The notes under the pieces were generated by a model. It saw nothing but the letters and a program-made list of their open reading frames with translations. It was not told the origin of the DNA and searched no databases. From Azolla caroliniana (taxonomy: Eukaryota > Plantae > Polypodiophyta), in the NCBI GenBank assembly GCA_043228905.1, contig JBHGNT010000005.1:19592001-19656000 (forward strand): a stretch of 64,000 bases of DNA, given 5' to 3'. The number at the start of each line of letters is the position of its first letter. The stretch's first letter is position 1. Positions 13,945 through 26,760 of this stretch are shown piece after piece. The position numbers were made by a program, and so were the translations under genes.

Positions 13945-16900
13945 ACTATGTCGCGTTGCTACGCGCGTGCGTAGAGAACAAGGCGAGACCACTGGGGTCT
14001 TGGACCAAGGAATAGGTGAGGAAGCGAAAGGAGAGAGAGAGAGAGACACGCTCACACACGTATAGACAAAGAAGCGCGTGGGAATGCAACCCAACAACAC
14101 AAGAGACACAAGTTGAGCAGGAGATAGGGTAAAAGGGACGCGTAAATAAATATATGTATGCAGACGACTCGAACAGTTACAGCCGATCAGGTCGACGAGA
14201 CGGGTGCCGACGCCTGATCACCCATGCACACAGGGGAGCAAGATGGAGATTCTGTCGGAAGCACACGAGCGTTCCACGGAGCAGAATCAGCCTCTCGAGA
14301 ACCTGCGCCAAGAAAGTTATGGAGAACGATAGAGGAGAAGAGCTCGGTCCCAGTCCGAAAGCACTTCGTCCCCTCTAGCGCGCCATGTCCTCTCTCCCCC
14401 ATCTCCCTCTCTTTTATAGCTCAAGGAGGGAGGCCGTCTTGCCCGTTTACATCACATTAATTCTCTATCCTTTCGGACAGAGATACTCCTCGATTCTCCC
14501 TATAGAATATTGCTACCTAGGATCTAATCCTTGCGCCTACCTATCTACTTTACGACAAGGGACGTGCCCACGTGTAAGGGCCGGTTCACACACATTATAC
14601 ACGGTTTGCGCTTGGGGACGGTTTTCTTCACGACACCGGACTATCGGATGGTTTTTGGGCGGAGGCTCTACTTACGACAGTACACATAATAAATATGTCA
14701 CCAAGTAGACCTCTAGGACTTCAAATACCTCAAGAAATATGGACCAGCAATAAGCCAAATTATGACAAGCTGAGGATCTTTGGTTGCGAGGCATACGCCC
14801 TCATACCGAAAGACAATCACCGGAAACTTGAACCAAGATCAAGGAAATGCGTTTTCCTTGGATATGGACCCGAAGACGAGATTGGATACCGACTTTGGGA
14901 CCCCGAGCATAGACAAATCGTCCGAAGTTCGGACGTCGTGTTCAACGAGTCGGCTATGCATAAAATAGCCGAAAGGCCTATTGAAGTCCGAAGGACAATA
15001 TTCTCCAAAGTGCCAACCCTTCATGAAGGCCCAACCCACAACACGAGATCGGTTTCACGGGTAACCGACACCTCCCGCACTGAATCCACTGATTCAGCAC
15101 AGTCGAGTGGCTCGGCTTCCGACCATCCGACACCTATACCTGGTGCGACCAGTCCAATCATACCTCGCAGATCCGAGAAACTGTCGCAACCTCCGGAGAG
15201 GTACTTTCCCGGAATTTTCTTTACCGACGCCGGTGAACCGACGTCTTATGAAGAAGCATCGACATCTCTCGATTCAGCCACATGGCATCTGACGATGGAG
15301 TTGGAAATGCACTCCATCCGCGCAAACAAGACTTGGGAGTTGGTCAAATTACCGAAGAATCGGCGTGCTCTTCCGTGCAAGTGGGTCTATCGACTAAAAG
15401 AGATGTCCGACTCGACCAACCCAAAGTACAAGGCCAGATTAGTTTCGAAGGGATTCCGACAAGAATATGGCGTCGACTTCGACGAAATCTTTTCACTAGT
15501 GGTGAAAATGACAACCCTTTGTTTCATGCTCGGCGTCGTGGCCGGCGACAACTTGGAGCTGATTCAGCTAGATGTAAAAACGACATTCCTGACGGTGACC
15601 TACAGGAGGAAATCTATATGGAGCAGCCGAAAGGCTTTGTAGCATCCGACCAGGAACATTTAGTCTGCGGACTCAGGAAGAGTCTCTACGGCCTGAAACA
15701 GGCACCCTGATAGTGGCACAAGAAGTTCGATGACTTCATCCAATCGGTCGGCTTCTCAAAGAGCGATGAGGACCACTGTCTCTTCACCAAATTAGCTCAA
15801 GACGGGTTTCCCGTCTTCCTCATCCATCATCTACGTGGACGGCATGCTACTCTCCGGCCGACATGTTGGAGAGCTTACTGAACTCGTTCGGAAACTGCGG
15901 TTGAAGTTTGCCATGAAGGACCTCGGTCTGGCAAGACACATACTCGGTGTGAAGATTAGTCGGCATCGCGATAAACGACAACTTTTCTTGTCTCAAACCG
16001 ACTACATCGGACGTGTCTTGGAACACTTCAACATGCACTCGGCCAAGTCTGCTTCGACCCCGCTCCCCATTAACCTTCGGCTATTTCAGCGAGACTGCCC
16101 GACATTCGGTCTGGAGGGGGAAGATATGAAGTTGGTACCGTATGCATCGACAATCGGCTCCCTTATGTATGCGATGGTCGCGACACAACCTGATATTTCT
16201 CACGCCGTAGGAGTCGTCCGCAGATTCATGCACAACCCAGGCCGATCGCATTGGAACGCAGTCAAGCATGTGTTCAGATATCTAGCTGGCACAAAAGACC
16301 ACGACATTCTTTTTGGCTCGAACTCAACCTTAGGCGTAGTCGGTTACACTGACTCGGACTTTGCCGACTACGTGGACAGTTGAAAATCAACAACTATATA
16401 CTGTTTCAAATTCGGCAATGGAGCAATCTCGTGGAAGTCGAAACCTCAGGAGTGCACATCCACCACAATGAATGAAGCGGAATATGTAGTTGCGTCCGAT
16501 GCGGCAAAAGAAGCTTTATGGCTCGGTCGGCTGGTATACATGTTTCGACAGGTCGACTTTGACTCGGCTCCAAATGTCTACAACGACAGTCAGGGTGCTG
16601 TTACTTTGTCAAAAAATCCGGTTCACCACAACGCCTCCAAGCATATCGACATTCGATATCACTTTGTTCGGGACTGCGTCATTTTAGGGAAAATTGGTCT
16701 CGAGAAGATATCCACAACTGATAATGTCGTAGATGGAATGACCAAGTGTCTTTCGGTGAACTGCTTCCGGTCCCTTTGGCACCAGATGGGCGTAACGAAA
16801 AATCGGTCTGGTTAAAGTCAGACACACAACACAGTATGGTTTCGGACCACTGACATCGGTTCTTTGAGGATCGGCTTCAGCTCTTCCTACCCGACCGGTT

Positions 16901-17701
16901 CGGTCTTCAGTCTTCGGATCCTGCCGACTTGAACAGAACTGATCTGTCCGACAACCTTGTACATACCTGTAACTTTAGTATAACCCATGTATACGCCCAT
17001 TACGGGTGAGTGTCAAATACGAGGGTATAATGGCCGTATTCACACTGTCCCTTTGGACAACCCAAGTTTCGTCTATTTCTGTAAATAGCATAAAGGGCAG
17101 TTGCCCTAGGATAGTCACTATATAAAGTGACTTTGTAACCTTTAGTTAAGGTTGTTGTTTGTTGTTGTTGGTTGTCATTCTTTGCAACTGTTGCTATTGG
17201 AATATAACATTTGTTTGTGCCTACCTCTCTCTCTCTCTCTCTCTCTCTTTGTCTATCATGCTTATGCACATACACAAGTTCTTCTTCATCATGAATGTTG
17301 CTTGCACTTCCGCATTGACGGCCTTGTCCCCAACACTCCCAACCAAGGGCTCCCGTTCTATCTGCGTGTGTGTGAGTGGGTGTGTTTCGAAGAGGGTACG
17401 AATCTACTACCGGCCGAGCCTGGTTGTAATATGTTTACCTTAATCTATTCGTTTCTATTGTTGTTTTTCAACCTCCTCTCGCTTCGGGTGTTGTCTCTAT
17501 TTCTGTTTCTACCCATCCGGCTCCGGTTCTACCTGAGGAGCGCTGCACATGGCTACGCCCGAATTTTCCTACCCGCCACCGGACATTCGATGACCGATCT
17601 GGCAAATAGTGACAGTTGTACTCTCCTATCCTGTAATTCCTTGGTTGAAGACCCCCTGCGGTCCCGCCTGTTCTGACACATACCCACGGGTTTCCGCGAC
17701 A

Positions 17702-19378
17702 ACTTAGCTCTCCTTCGAAAATGGGAGTCGATGTTGTTTGCCGAGTTGATATGCTTCGCATACTTGGTCGACTAGTTTCAACACGAAGGCCAGGAGTCCG
17801 ATGATGACTCCCTTTGATTGGATCGCTCAAAGCTGTTGGAGGGTTATGTGGCCGATTCTCTTGTGCCACAACTCGATGTTCGTCTTGGTTTTGAGACCTT
17901 TGGCATTCATGGTTGATGTCACCTTGTTTGAATCAAGAATGAACATTCGACCTTCTCTCGGTCCTCTAGGTATGAGTCTGCCATCTTTCTCGATGAAGCA
18001 TCCTTCGTTGTTGAAACGAACTTGCATGCCTTGCTCCATGATTTGGCCTACCGAGTCCAGATTCTTTGTTATGGTCGGAACTTGCAAGACATTCTTGATG
18101 CAATTGTTTTGGCTGTCGTTGCCGAATGAAACGTTGTTGATGTGTCGAATGGGATGTGTGGTGTCATCTCCCATCTCTATATAGCCGGGTCGATTCGATG
18201 TTCTTATGTCACGAAACCACTCTTGGTGTGAGGACATATGATGTGAGGCGCCAGAGTTGACGAACAACATGTCTTCTGGGTTGGAGATGCTTGTGGGGTT
18301 GGAGGCTGTCATAGAGTTCGTTCTATGTCTCATTACAAATAATCCACCATAGTCATCGTATTTAGAGTTGGTGGCGTAGTTTGTTAGTTGTCGGCTTGTC
18401 GAAGTCGACTTGCTTCTCTTGTTCCGGCACTCCTCTTCGCAATGGCCGATTTTGCCGCAAGAGTTGCAAGTACCGGGCCTTGTTTTCCGAACTCGTTCGG
18501 CATGGAAGCCCCCCCTTCTTCTGAAAGTTCCTCGATGACTTCCGTCTTGTTGTTTCAGGTTTGGGTTGAATCGACCTCTTCTACCGCCTCGACCTCGTCG
18601 TCGACCATCATTCGAATTCGAGATGAACATTTGTCCTTCCGACATCTTGGTCTTGGTTCGGACATGGTTCTCTTCAACCAATAGCATCGATTGAAGCTCG
18701 AAGAATGAAGGAGGATTTTCCCTCGCTAGGATAGCCGTCCTTAATGACTCGAATCGTTGTACGAGTTCGGCCAGGCATACTTGAACCATCGTCTTTGTCG
18801 ACGTTTATGTTGATGGAGCCAAGGGAGTCAGAAATGCTCTCTATCTTGGTGTAGTACGACACAAACATGTCTTTTTGTCGGATGTTGTTCAACTCTTGTC
18901 GGAGTTGAAGCTTGTGGGCAGTCGTGTTGGCGGCGAACATCTTCTTCAAGTTCTCCCACGCCTCTTTAGGCGTCTTGGCATCTCGAATGTGGCTAAGCAT
19001 GTGGTCGTGGACATATATTGACAAGCAATACATTACCCGACTCGCTCCTTGCTCCCACGTTGGGTAGTTGGCGTTTGTGATGTCGGGTTTGGTTTCGAGT
19101 GCGCTGTTGATGTAGCTCCAATACCCTTGGCCAACTATGTATTGGTTCATCTTGTACTCCCAAGATTAATAATTTCTCCAGTCTAGCTTTTCACTAGGGA
19201 GCGAGCTACCCATTTGTGTGTTCATGTTGATGGAGTGTCTTCCGTCTTGGCTTTTCTTCCTTTGGTCCCATACACGTGCTACGTATCAACACTACGGTAG
19301 CCGATAGTTGGATTTGTCATTGGAGTCTCGAACACACAATCATGGAGTCGGGTGGGCTTAGTGGATCTACTAAACCAC
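17702..19378 (-). mobile_element. Ty1/copia element D, 5' internal part (gag, protease, GAG-pre-integrase); 5' LTR lost
   Basis: ORFs 18674-19150 and 17827-18789 (CNSCGKIGHCEEEC, VNSGASHHM, LWHKRIGH). Interrupted by gypsy A on the left and by copia H next to its PBS. Confidence 0.88.
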
Positions 19379-22300
19379 TATTGAGAGACAAGCTCAACAT
19401 CGGCCGGATTGGCTGAGCAAGCCGAGGACCAGATCGATTGGGATCGATCGGTTAGGCCGGATCGGTTGGAAATCAGTACGCAGACCAGTGCGTAGAAAGG
19501 CCGGATCGGTGCAGAAACCGGGAGGCCATCGTAAAAAAATTCCACAAGGAATATATTTGGGAGTTAGTGTCGAGGCTCATTTATGAGTAGTCAAGTACTG
19601 TCAGTACTTGTGTCAGCCCGATTGTCAGGGTTTGTATAAAGGTGCTCACTGAGCACATCCTACATATAGATTGAGTATTATTTTTTGAATTGAGTTCTGT
19701 GTGTTCTCTCTCTGTCTCTCTCACGTACTATGTATATTCAAGCTCTCCATTAAACCTGCGTATTTTCTTTGTGTTCGCTTTCCTATTGCTTCCGCACATA
19801 ATCTTTCACATGGTATCAGAGCGCGAGGGTTGAGAACCTCTGCAGCCGACATAGCTTGAAAAGAAAAACCAACCGAGAAGAACATGTAAAACTGATGGAT
19901 AGAGGCATAGCTAGCTCGCTTCCGACGGAGAAGCTCGACAGAAACAACTACACATCTTGGTCCTCCAAGAAGCACCAGTACCTACTCGGGCATGGTTACC
20001 GGAGCTATGTCGACGGAGCAAATGACACAGCACCCGAATTGAAACACAAAGATTTCCTGGTGTGGGAACAATCGGCGAGCAGAGTGCTATATAGTTTCGC
20101 GTCTTGTGTGGGCGTACAACTATTAAGCTATGTTCGGGATGCAAAAACACCGAAGGGTGCGTGGGAAAATCTGAAGAAGATCTTCGCTGCGAGCACCACA
20201 GCCAGGAAGCTTCAGCTCTGACAGGAGTTTAGCAACCTATGACAACGCGATTTGTCGGTGGCTGACTATACCTCGAAGATCAAGGACATATGCGACTCCT
20301 TAGCTTCCATCGATGTGAACATCAAGGAAAGCGAGATGGTCCAGGTCTGTCTCGGGGGTTTGGTCTCGAAGTTCGAGGCATTCCGAACTGTTGTGTGTAC
20401 CTAGGAGAATACGCCGTCCTTTTTCAACTTACAATCGATGCTCCTGGTAGAGGAGAACCATGCGGGTGCGTCAACGAGCACACACACTAACATCAAGATG
20501 CTGTACACGGAGGGAGATAGGCCCCCTGGACGTGGAGGACGAGGCGAGTCGGTGCACAATGGAGGCGGCCGACGAGATCAAGGACGGAGGCACCGAAATG
20601 ATGCCGACAGCAATTCCGGACCCTTCGGAAACAGGGGGAGTCGAGGCGATGAGAACCGGCAAGGGAAACCCGCCACGAAATGTTGGTACTGTGGCAAGAA
20701 AGGGCACAGGGAGAGCGCATGTTGGAAAAAGCGCGCCGAGTCGGAGAGGACCGGTTTCGGATTTGGTTCCAGACATACCGACAAAGGAAACCGATAGCAA
20801 TCGCACTACGCCGAAGGATCCGGGAAGGGTCTGCCTTCGTGACGAGACATGAAGCAAACTCAATGAAGCAAACCACCCCGGAATCGGACGAGGTGTGGTA
20901 TGTCGACTCTGGCGTGTCAAATCACATGACGAGCCATAAGTAGTGGTTCTCGTACCTAGAAAAACTGATGCAATCGGGAGTAGTCACAACCGGAGACGAC
21001 ACTCCGCATCCGATCGCGAATGTCGGAGAAGTTCCCTTGAGCCATGTCGGGCAGAAAGGGAAACTCATGAACGTGCTACACGTTCCGACAATCACGAAGA
21101 ACTTGGTGTCGGTCGGACAGATCATCGACCAAGGGATGGAGGTCCGGTTTACACACCTCGGGTGCTTCATCGAGGAAGAAGGCCGAGTTATTGGGCAAGG
21201 GCGCAGAGATGGGTGGATGTTCATCCTCGACTCTACTGACGGTGGCACCGCCATGTTCGCGAAGGGACAAAAAGTCGAGTCGGACATCGACTTATGGCAG
21301 AAGCGGATAGGCCACGTCAACTACCAGCGGCTTCAAGACCTGCAATCGAAACAAGTGGTGTTCGGATTGCACAAATTTGTGAAGCCTGCTAGCTTGGGAA
21401 GCAACACCAACTTCCTTTCCCCAACGAGCGTAACCAGAGCCGGAACAAGCTCGACTTGATACACTCTGATGTGTGGGGGCCGACACAAAACGTTAGTCTT
21501 GGCGGGAGCCGATATTTCGTCTCCTTTATCGACGACTACACGCGGCACATGTGGATCTACCTCATTGAGAGGAAGAGCGAAGTCTTCGATTGTTTCCGGG
21601 ACCTCAAAGGGTTCGTGGAAACGGAAATAGGAAGAAAGATCAAGTGCCTGCGGTTGGATGGCAAAAAAGAATACTTTTCCGGTCAATTCAACGGTTATCT
21701 ACAACAGATGGGAATTCGGCATGAATTTAGTTGTAGATACACGCCGGAGCAAAACTGCGTGGCCAAGAGGAAAAATCGGTCGGTTGTGGAAGCGGCACGG
21801 GCAATGGTGGAGGAGAAGAGCCTGCCCAAGTTCTACTGGGCGGAGGCGGTAAGGACCACGGTATACATCCAAAATCGGATCGGAGACAAAGTGTCGGTGC
21901 ACGAGCTATATTTCAGAATGAAGCCGAACTTGCGACACTTACGAGTTTTCGGTAGCATTGCGTATGTGCATGTGCCGAAGGAGAAACAGAGGAAGCTGGA
22001 CACAAAGGCCGAGAAATGTATCTTGGTCGGTTACTCAGACGAGCAGAAGGGTTATAAGTGTTATAACCCGCGCATGAGCCGTGACGTTGTGTTTGATGAT
22101 TCCGCGTCCTGGTACTTGCCTCCGACTCCGGACCTTGCCTCCAATCCGAGTTCTGATGATGAGGTCAGCGAGGCCGAGATGTCTCCAGATGAGCCTGAAA
22201 TTGGGACCCGCGAAGAGAGTCCGATTTTGTTTCGGTTAAGTGGACCGAATGGACAACTGAGTCGGTTCGACCAGTCCGATGAAGAGCCAGCGAGTAGTGG

Positions 22301-23808
22301 AGACTCGGCCGTGCACTCCCCGTGCAGGAAGCCGAGGAGACGGCTTATGCACAAAGAGAAAGGGAAGAAGGGGGTGTTGGATTCTGGCACGGATAGGAAC
22401 GAGTCAGACCGACACGAGTCCGACTCCGAGGGAAGCTGTGACGGGTCTTCAAGAGTGAAGTCCGCATCGGCCGAGAAGACCTCAACATCGGCTAATGACC
22501 AATTACGCCAATCTACCCGCTGGAGGAACCCAATTGTGCAGTTCGGATACAATGAGTACATGGCGCATCATTATGCGTACATGACCCGTGTAGCGGAAGT
22601 GTGTGAGCCGAAGAGCTACGTAGAAGCGGCTAAGGATGTGAATTGGCGCGCCGCGATGGAGGAAGAGATGCACGCATTGGCGAAAAACGAGACCTGGGAC
22701 CTGGTTGACGCACCGAAGGGTGTGAAGCTGATCGGATGTAGGTGGGTGTACAAGGTCAAGTACAACACCGACGGCTCCGTCAACCGATACAAGGCCCGGT
22801 TAGTGGCAAAAGGCTACGCCAGAAACACGGCATCGACTATGATGAGACATTTGCGCCGGTCACGAAGATGATGACCGTCCGTGTTTTGCTCGCGGTAGCT
22901 GCGGCAAAGGGGTGGCATTTACATCAGATGGATGTAAAGAATGCATTCCTACAAGGTGATCTTGAGGAATAGGTGTATATGGTACAGCCTCTTGGATTTC
23001 ACTCCAGAACGAACACGTCGGTAGTGTGCCGATTGAAGAAGTCCCTTTATGGACTGAAGCAAGCCCTGCATGTCTGGAATGCGAAGATCATGCAGCAACT
23101 GCGTTGGATGGGCTTTGTAACGTCAAAATTGGACTCTTCCCTGTTCATCCGGAAAGGTCGACTCGGTCCGGTCAGTATTTTACTATATGTTGATGACTTG
23201 GTCATCACCGGCGCCGACCTAGGTGAAATCGACCGCGTGAAGCTCCAGCTTGCGGCATCATTCGACATGAAGGATTTGGGGGACCTTCATTACTTCCTCG
23301 GGATCGAAGTGATCTGCACCCCCGAAGGCATACTGATCAGCCAACGTCATTAAGCGTTGAATATGCTCTTCAAATTTGGGATGGTAGACTGTAAGTCCGT
23401 CTCGACTCCTCTGGATAGAACCGTCAAGCTTTGCCCCGAGTCCGGAAAGGTATGCGAGCCGAAGAGGTTCCGACTGATAGTCGGCAGCCTTATATACTTG
23501 ACCATCACTCGACTAGATCTATCATGGCGCGGGGTGATTAGTCAATTCATGGTGCGACCTATCGAGGAACACCTTCAGTGCGCACAACGCGTACTCCGAT
23601 ACGTTAGTGGCACTAAGGACTGGGGGCTACTATATCGGTTTGATACAGCCCCGTAGTTGGTCGGCTACACTGACGCCGACTGGGCCGGCAACGTCGCCGA
23701 TCGCCGATCCACGTCCGGTTTCGTGTTCTCTCTCTCGAGTGCCGCGCTCACGTGGAGTAGTACGAAGTAGCCGACAGTTGCACTGTCGAGCACCGAGGCC
23801 GAGTACAA
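19379..23808 (+). mobile_element. Ty1/copia element H, 3'-truncated
   Basis: 5' LTR ~19379-19810 and PBS TGGTATCAGAGC 19811-19822. Gag (CWYCGKKGHRESAC), protease (WYVDSG), integrase 21456+, RT (LYVDDL). Breaks off in RNase H (..STEAEY). Confidence 0.92.
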
Positions 23809-24149
23809 AATCCTTGTTAAGGCTTTAAGGTGAACACACTAACTAGACTCCATCTAGGTAACTACTAAGTTACGTTTGTTGACTAATTAGCTAAAACTAG
23901 TTGAGCTTGATATCTCAACATTTAGGTTATAGGAGGAGAGAAAACTTAAGAGGGAAGGAGAGCTATAAAATTCACAAAAAGTGACTTTTATAACTTCTTC
24001 TACAAGGAGGTTTGGACTCTTTCACATTGGAGTGGCCATTCAACCTAAAGTTTTGAGAGGACTTTTAATGTTCGATCCACCTTTTTCCTATTGTGTTGGT
24101 GAGCTTGTTGCATGGGTCAATCGATGATGATGTCTTCATGAATCACGTT

Positions 24150-24345
24150 GCCGCGTAAACATGTCATGTTCTGCTTGAGTGGGACCATGGGGGTCTTGAA
24201 ACAAGGAATCGAAAAGATGGAGGAGTTAAAAGGGAGTAAGTCAAAGACTTGTGTTTGTCAAAAGATCAAATATACTGCTAGAGCATAGGGCATACGACTG
24301 CCTTATTGACTTACAACCAGGGAAAGAATCGCCATGGGGGCAAGG
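24150..24345. mobile_element. small old gypsy remnants (LTR-end motif and pre-RT peptide)
   Basis: GGGACCATGGGGGTCTTG at 24181 resembles the motif in the LTRs of B, E and K. The plus strand reads YDCLIDLQPGKESPWG at ~24293-24340. Confidence 0.4.
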
Positions 24346-25004
24346 TTGTTAGGCATGTTGGATATGGTACGGATACCATATGTATATAACGTATTAATAC
24401 ACGTATAGTACCTCCCAATTAAAAAATACGTTAAATATGTTTTTTAATATGGTAAATACTTATAAAATACGTAAAATACGTATTTTACATATAGTATGTT
24501 AAATACTTCTACAATTTGAAAATTATTTACCTTTTAAAAAACATTTGTAATATTGTAAAAAGCATCTATGTTTACACAATTTTGTGATATACATTATAGT
24601 TCTACATCCTAAAATGCATATAAGACATTTGAACATTTCACATCGTAAAATACTTATAATATGGATGTCGACATTCACTTGTTCTATAAATCAATGTAAG
24701 TGTGTATCATGATGTTCTACTTCAAATTGTAATTATTTACGATTATGCCTTCATAGATTGAGGAATCATCTATGATTATCATTCTTATTATAGGTTTCTG
24801 TCTTCTTTTCTCTCTTCTTCATCTTCTTCTATCTTTTATGATTATCACACTCAGAGTCAGGACAAGTTTATGTCTTCTTTTCTCTCTTTTTCTTCGTCAT
24901 CTCTTATGTTCTTCTTTCTTCTTTCCTTTTGCTTCTTTTTCACTAAAATCTGTTTTTTTCTTTCGCTTTTTGTTGGGGTTTTACTTACATTTGTTTAGGC
25001 AGGA

Positions 25005-26760
25005 TTCATAATTGCAACATTGGAAGGCCTCAAGATGGACTGGCCAGTGATTGTGGCCGACTTATTATGGGCAAGAATAACGTCCGTAATGGATGGGAAG
25101 AAGGCATTGGGCGGATTAGCACAGTGGCTAACATTATTGGTACCCCCAACACATGCCATCAAGCCAAAGAAGCGAGCTCGGCTAGAAACTACACCGAATA
25201 TGTCATCCAAACGGCAGCAACTCCTAGCGAAACACACCCTCGGATGGATAGTAGGAGAATCGTCTCGAAGGGAAGAGGAAGCATTGACAAACTAGAGGTA
25301 GGAACCGGTGGAGGAAGTTTCGGAAAAGATGGCAAAACCGATCAAGATAAAGGTGCGCCAGCATGTTAGAGACCAGGAGGAATTGGTGGGTAGAGTCAAC
25401 TAGGAAACCGCAGAAGAGGATGCTGAAGAAGAACCAGCCGAAACCCTCCAGCATCACCCAAGGAAGCGTAACAGTGAGCAATAGGGTGAAGGATCGGGTC
25501 CGGAGAAGGACAATACCCCAAAGTCCCGCTCAACGGTGGTGGAACCCAAGACGGAGGAAGAGTTGGTAACAAGACTAGAAGCGGTGGCAACAGTTCAACA
25601 GGAACCGTTACAGAAAGACTTACCTCACCGGGTCTTCTAGGGTAGCAACAACAAGAGGAACGCCAACCGGAGAGGACACCAGAGCAAGAAGCGTTGTTTG
25701 CACAATGGCTAAGGGAGGAGGAAGAATGATGAACGAAGCCAATAAAGAAATTCGTTGCACTCACACAACATGAAACCTACTGACAATGGTTAGAATGGCT
25801 TGGCAAGCTGGTATCCGGTGTGGCGGATCGGATGGATGAAGAACAATGGGTGGAGCGACGATGAGTGGATCGGTTGCTAATAACAACCGACAAATTGGAT
25901 AAGGCCACAATTAGATTCGGAGCTTGGAGGAGAAGCTGGCAAGGGCTAAGGAGTTCAGAGTCCTCATGTCAAAGATGGGCCAAAACACAACCTCTGGAAC
26001 AAAGCCGGTAGATTGGCTAATCTACAAGGAAGCTCCGGAAATGGATGCACAACCGAAGGCCAACATAACTCTGATAAAAGATGCTGAGTAGGAATAGGAA
26101 ATGCTAACACTAAGGGAGGAACTAGCCGCTCAAGAAGCAATAAGGGAGAGAGAGCGAGAACAGAGGAAGACAACCGAAGAAGAGAAACAGAGGACTGAGG
26201 AAGGTCTCCGGAATAGTCAATTGAACAATGACCAACTGAAGGAGGAAACAGAGAAGTTACCGCAGGAAAAAGACAAGCTCCGAAGAATGGCGGAACCGGA
26301 AATAGAATGACTAAAAGAAGAAATCCGGCAATTGAAGGAGAGAGAGGATCGGGCATGCTCTCAAATGAATCGGTGGTTGAAGCAGAAAACGGAGGGGTCA
26401 GATTTTGACCGGCATCAAGATAAATTGAAGGAAGTCTGGATGGAACAGGCAAAGAAAACAGAGGCTTTGACGGAAGAACAAAGGATAGCTATCTCAACGG
26501 CGAAGATTTTGGAAGAAGTGGTGAGGGAAAGAACATAGCTCACCGGAAAGCACTATGAAGAATTAGAATGGGCAAAAATGGCTTTGGATAGGGTCCAAAC
26601 TACCGACCAAACCAAGTTGTTGGAATATGAAGTACATGCATAGGCCACTGCCGCCCTTATCAAGAAGATGAAGGACGAGAAGCAGGCTGGAGAGGACAGT
26701 ATAAACCTCGGCATGGAACGAATCCGGATGATAGTCTCATAGTATTGTAAAAGAACTTGA
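25005..26760 (+). pseudogene. degenerate long ORF with E/K/R-rich coiled-coil C-terminal half, probably TE-derived
   Basis: ORF pieces 25020-25295, 26101-26310 and 26332-26538 lie in a purine-rich coding-like tract broken by single stops. No domain recognised. Confidence 0.5.

Larger units (their letters stand above)
7840..14635 (-). mobile_element. Ty3/gypsy LTR retrotransposon B with two LTRs
   Basis: Highly similar LTRs 7840-8528 and 13949-14635. 4-bp TSD CCGG; removing it restores the host frame QHSGLSDGFWAEA. PPT adjacent at 8529-8540. tRNA-Trp PBS. Confidence 0.95.
4902..17335 (+). mobile_element. Ty1/copia LTR retrotransposon C, full-length but degenerate, hosting two insertions
   Basis: LTRs 4902-5226 and 17011-17335 (TG..CA). 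TSD CTCCC (4897-4901, 17336-17340). PBS TGGTATCAGAGC 5229-5240 (iMet). Gag 5930-7070, integrase 7232-7839 resuming at 14640, RT 15282-16383, RNase H 16468-16815. Confidence 0.95.
370..17701 (+). mobile_element. Ty3/gypsy LTR retrotransposon A, 5'-deleted and degenerate; 3' LTR split by copia C
   Basis: Gag end, protease (DHGPEINL), RT (GDLYSGYDQF), RNase H and integrase fragments at 370-4480. PPT GGTGAGGGTGGA 4479-4490. 3' LTR = 4491-4901 (TGTCGTGG..) + 17341-17701 (..CCGCGACA). Confidence 0.85.
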
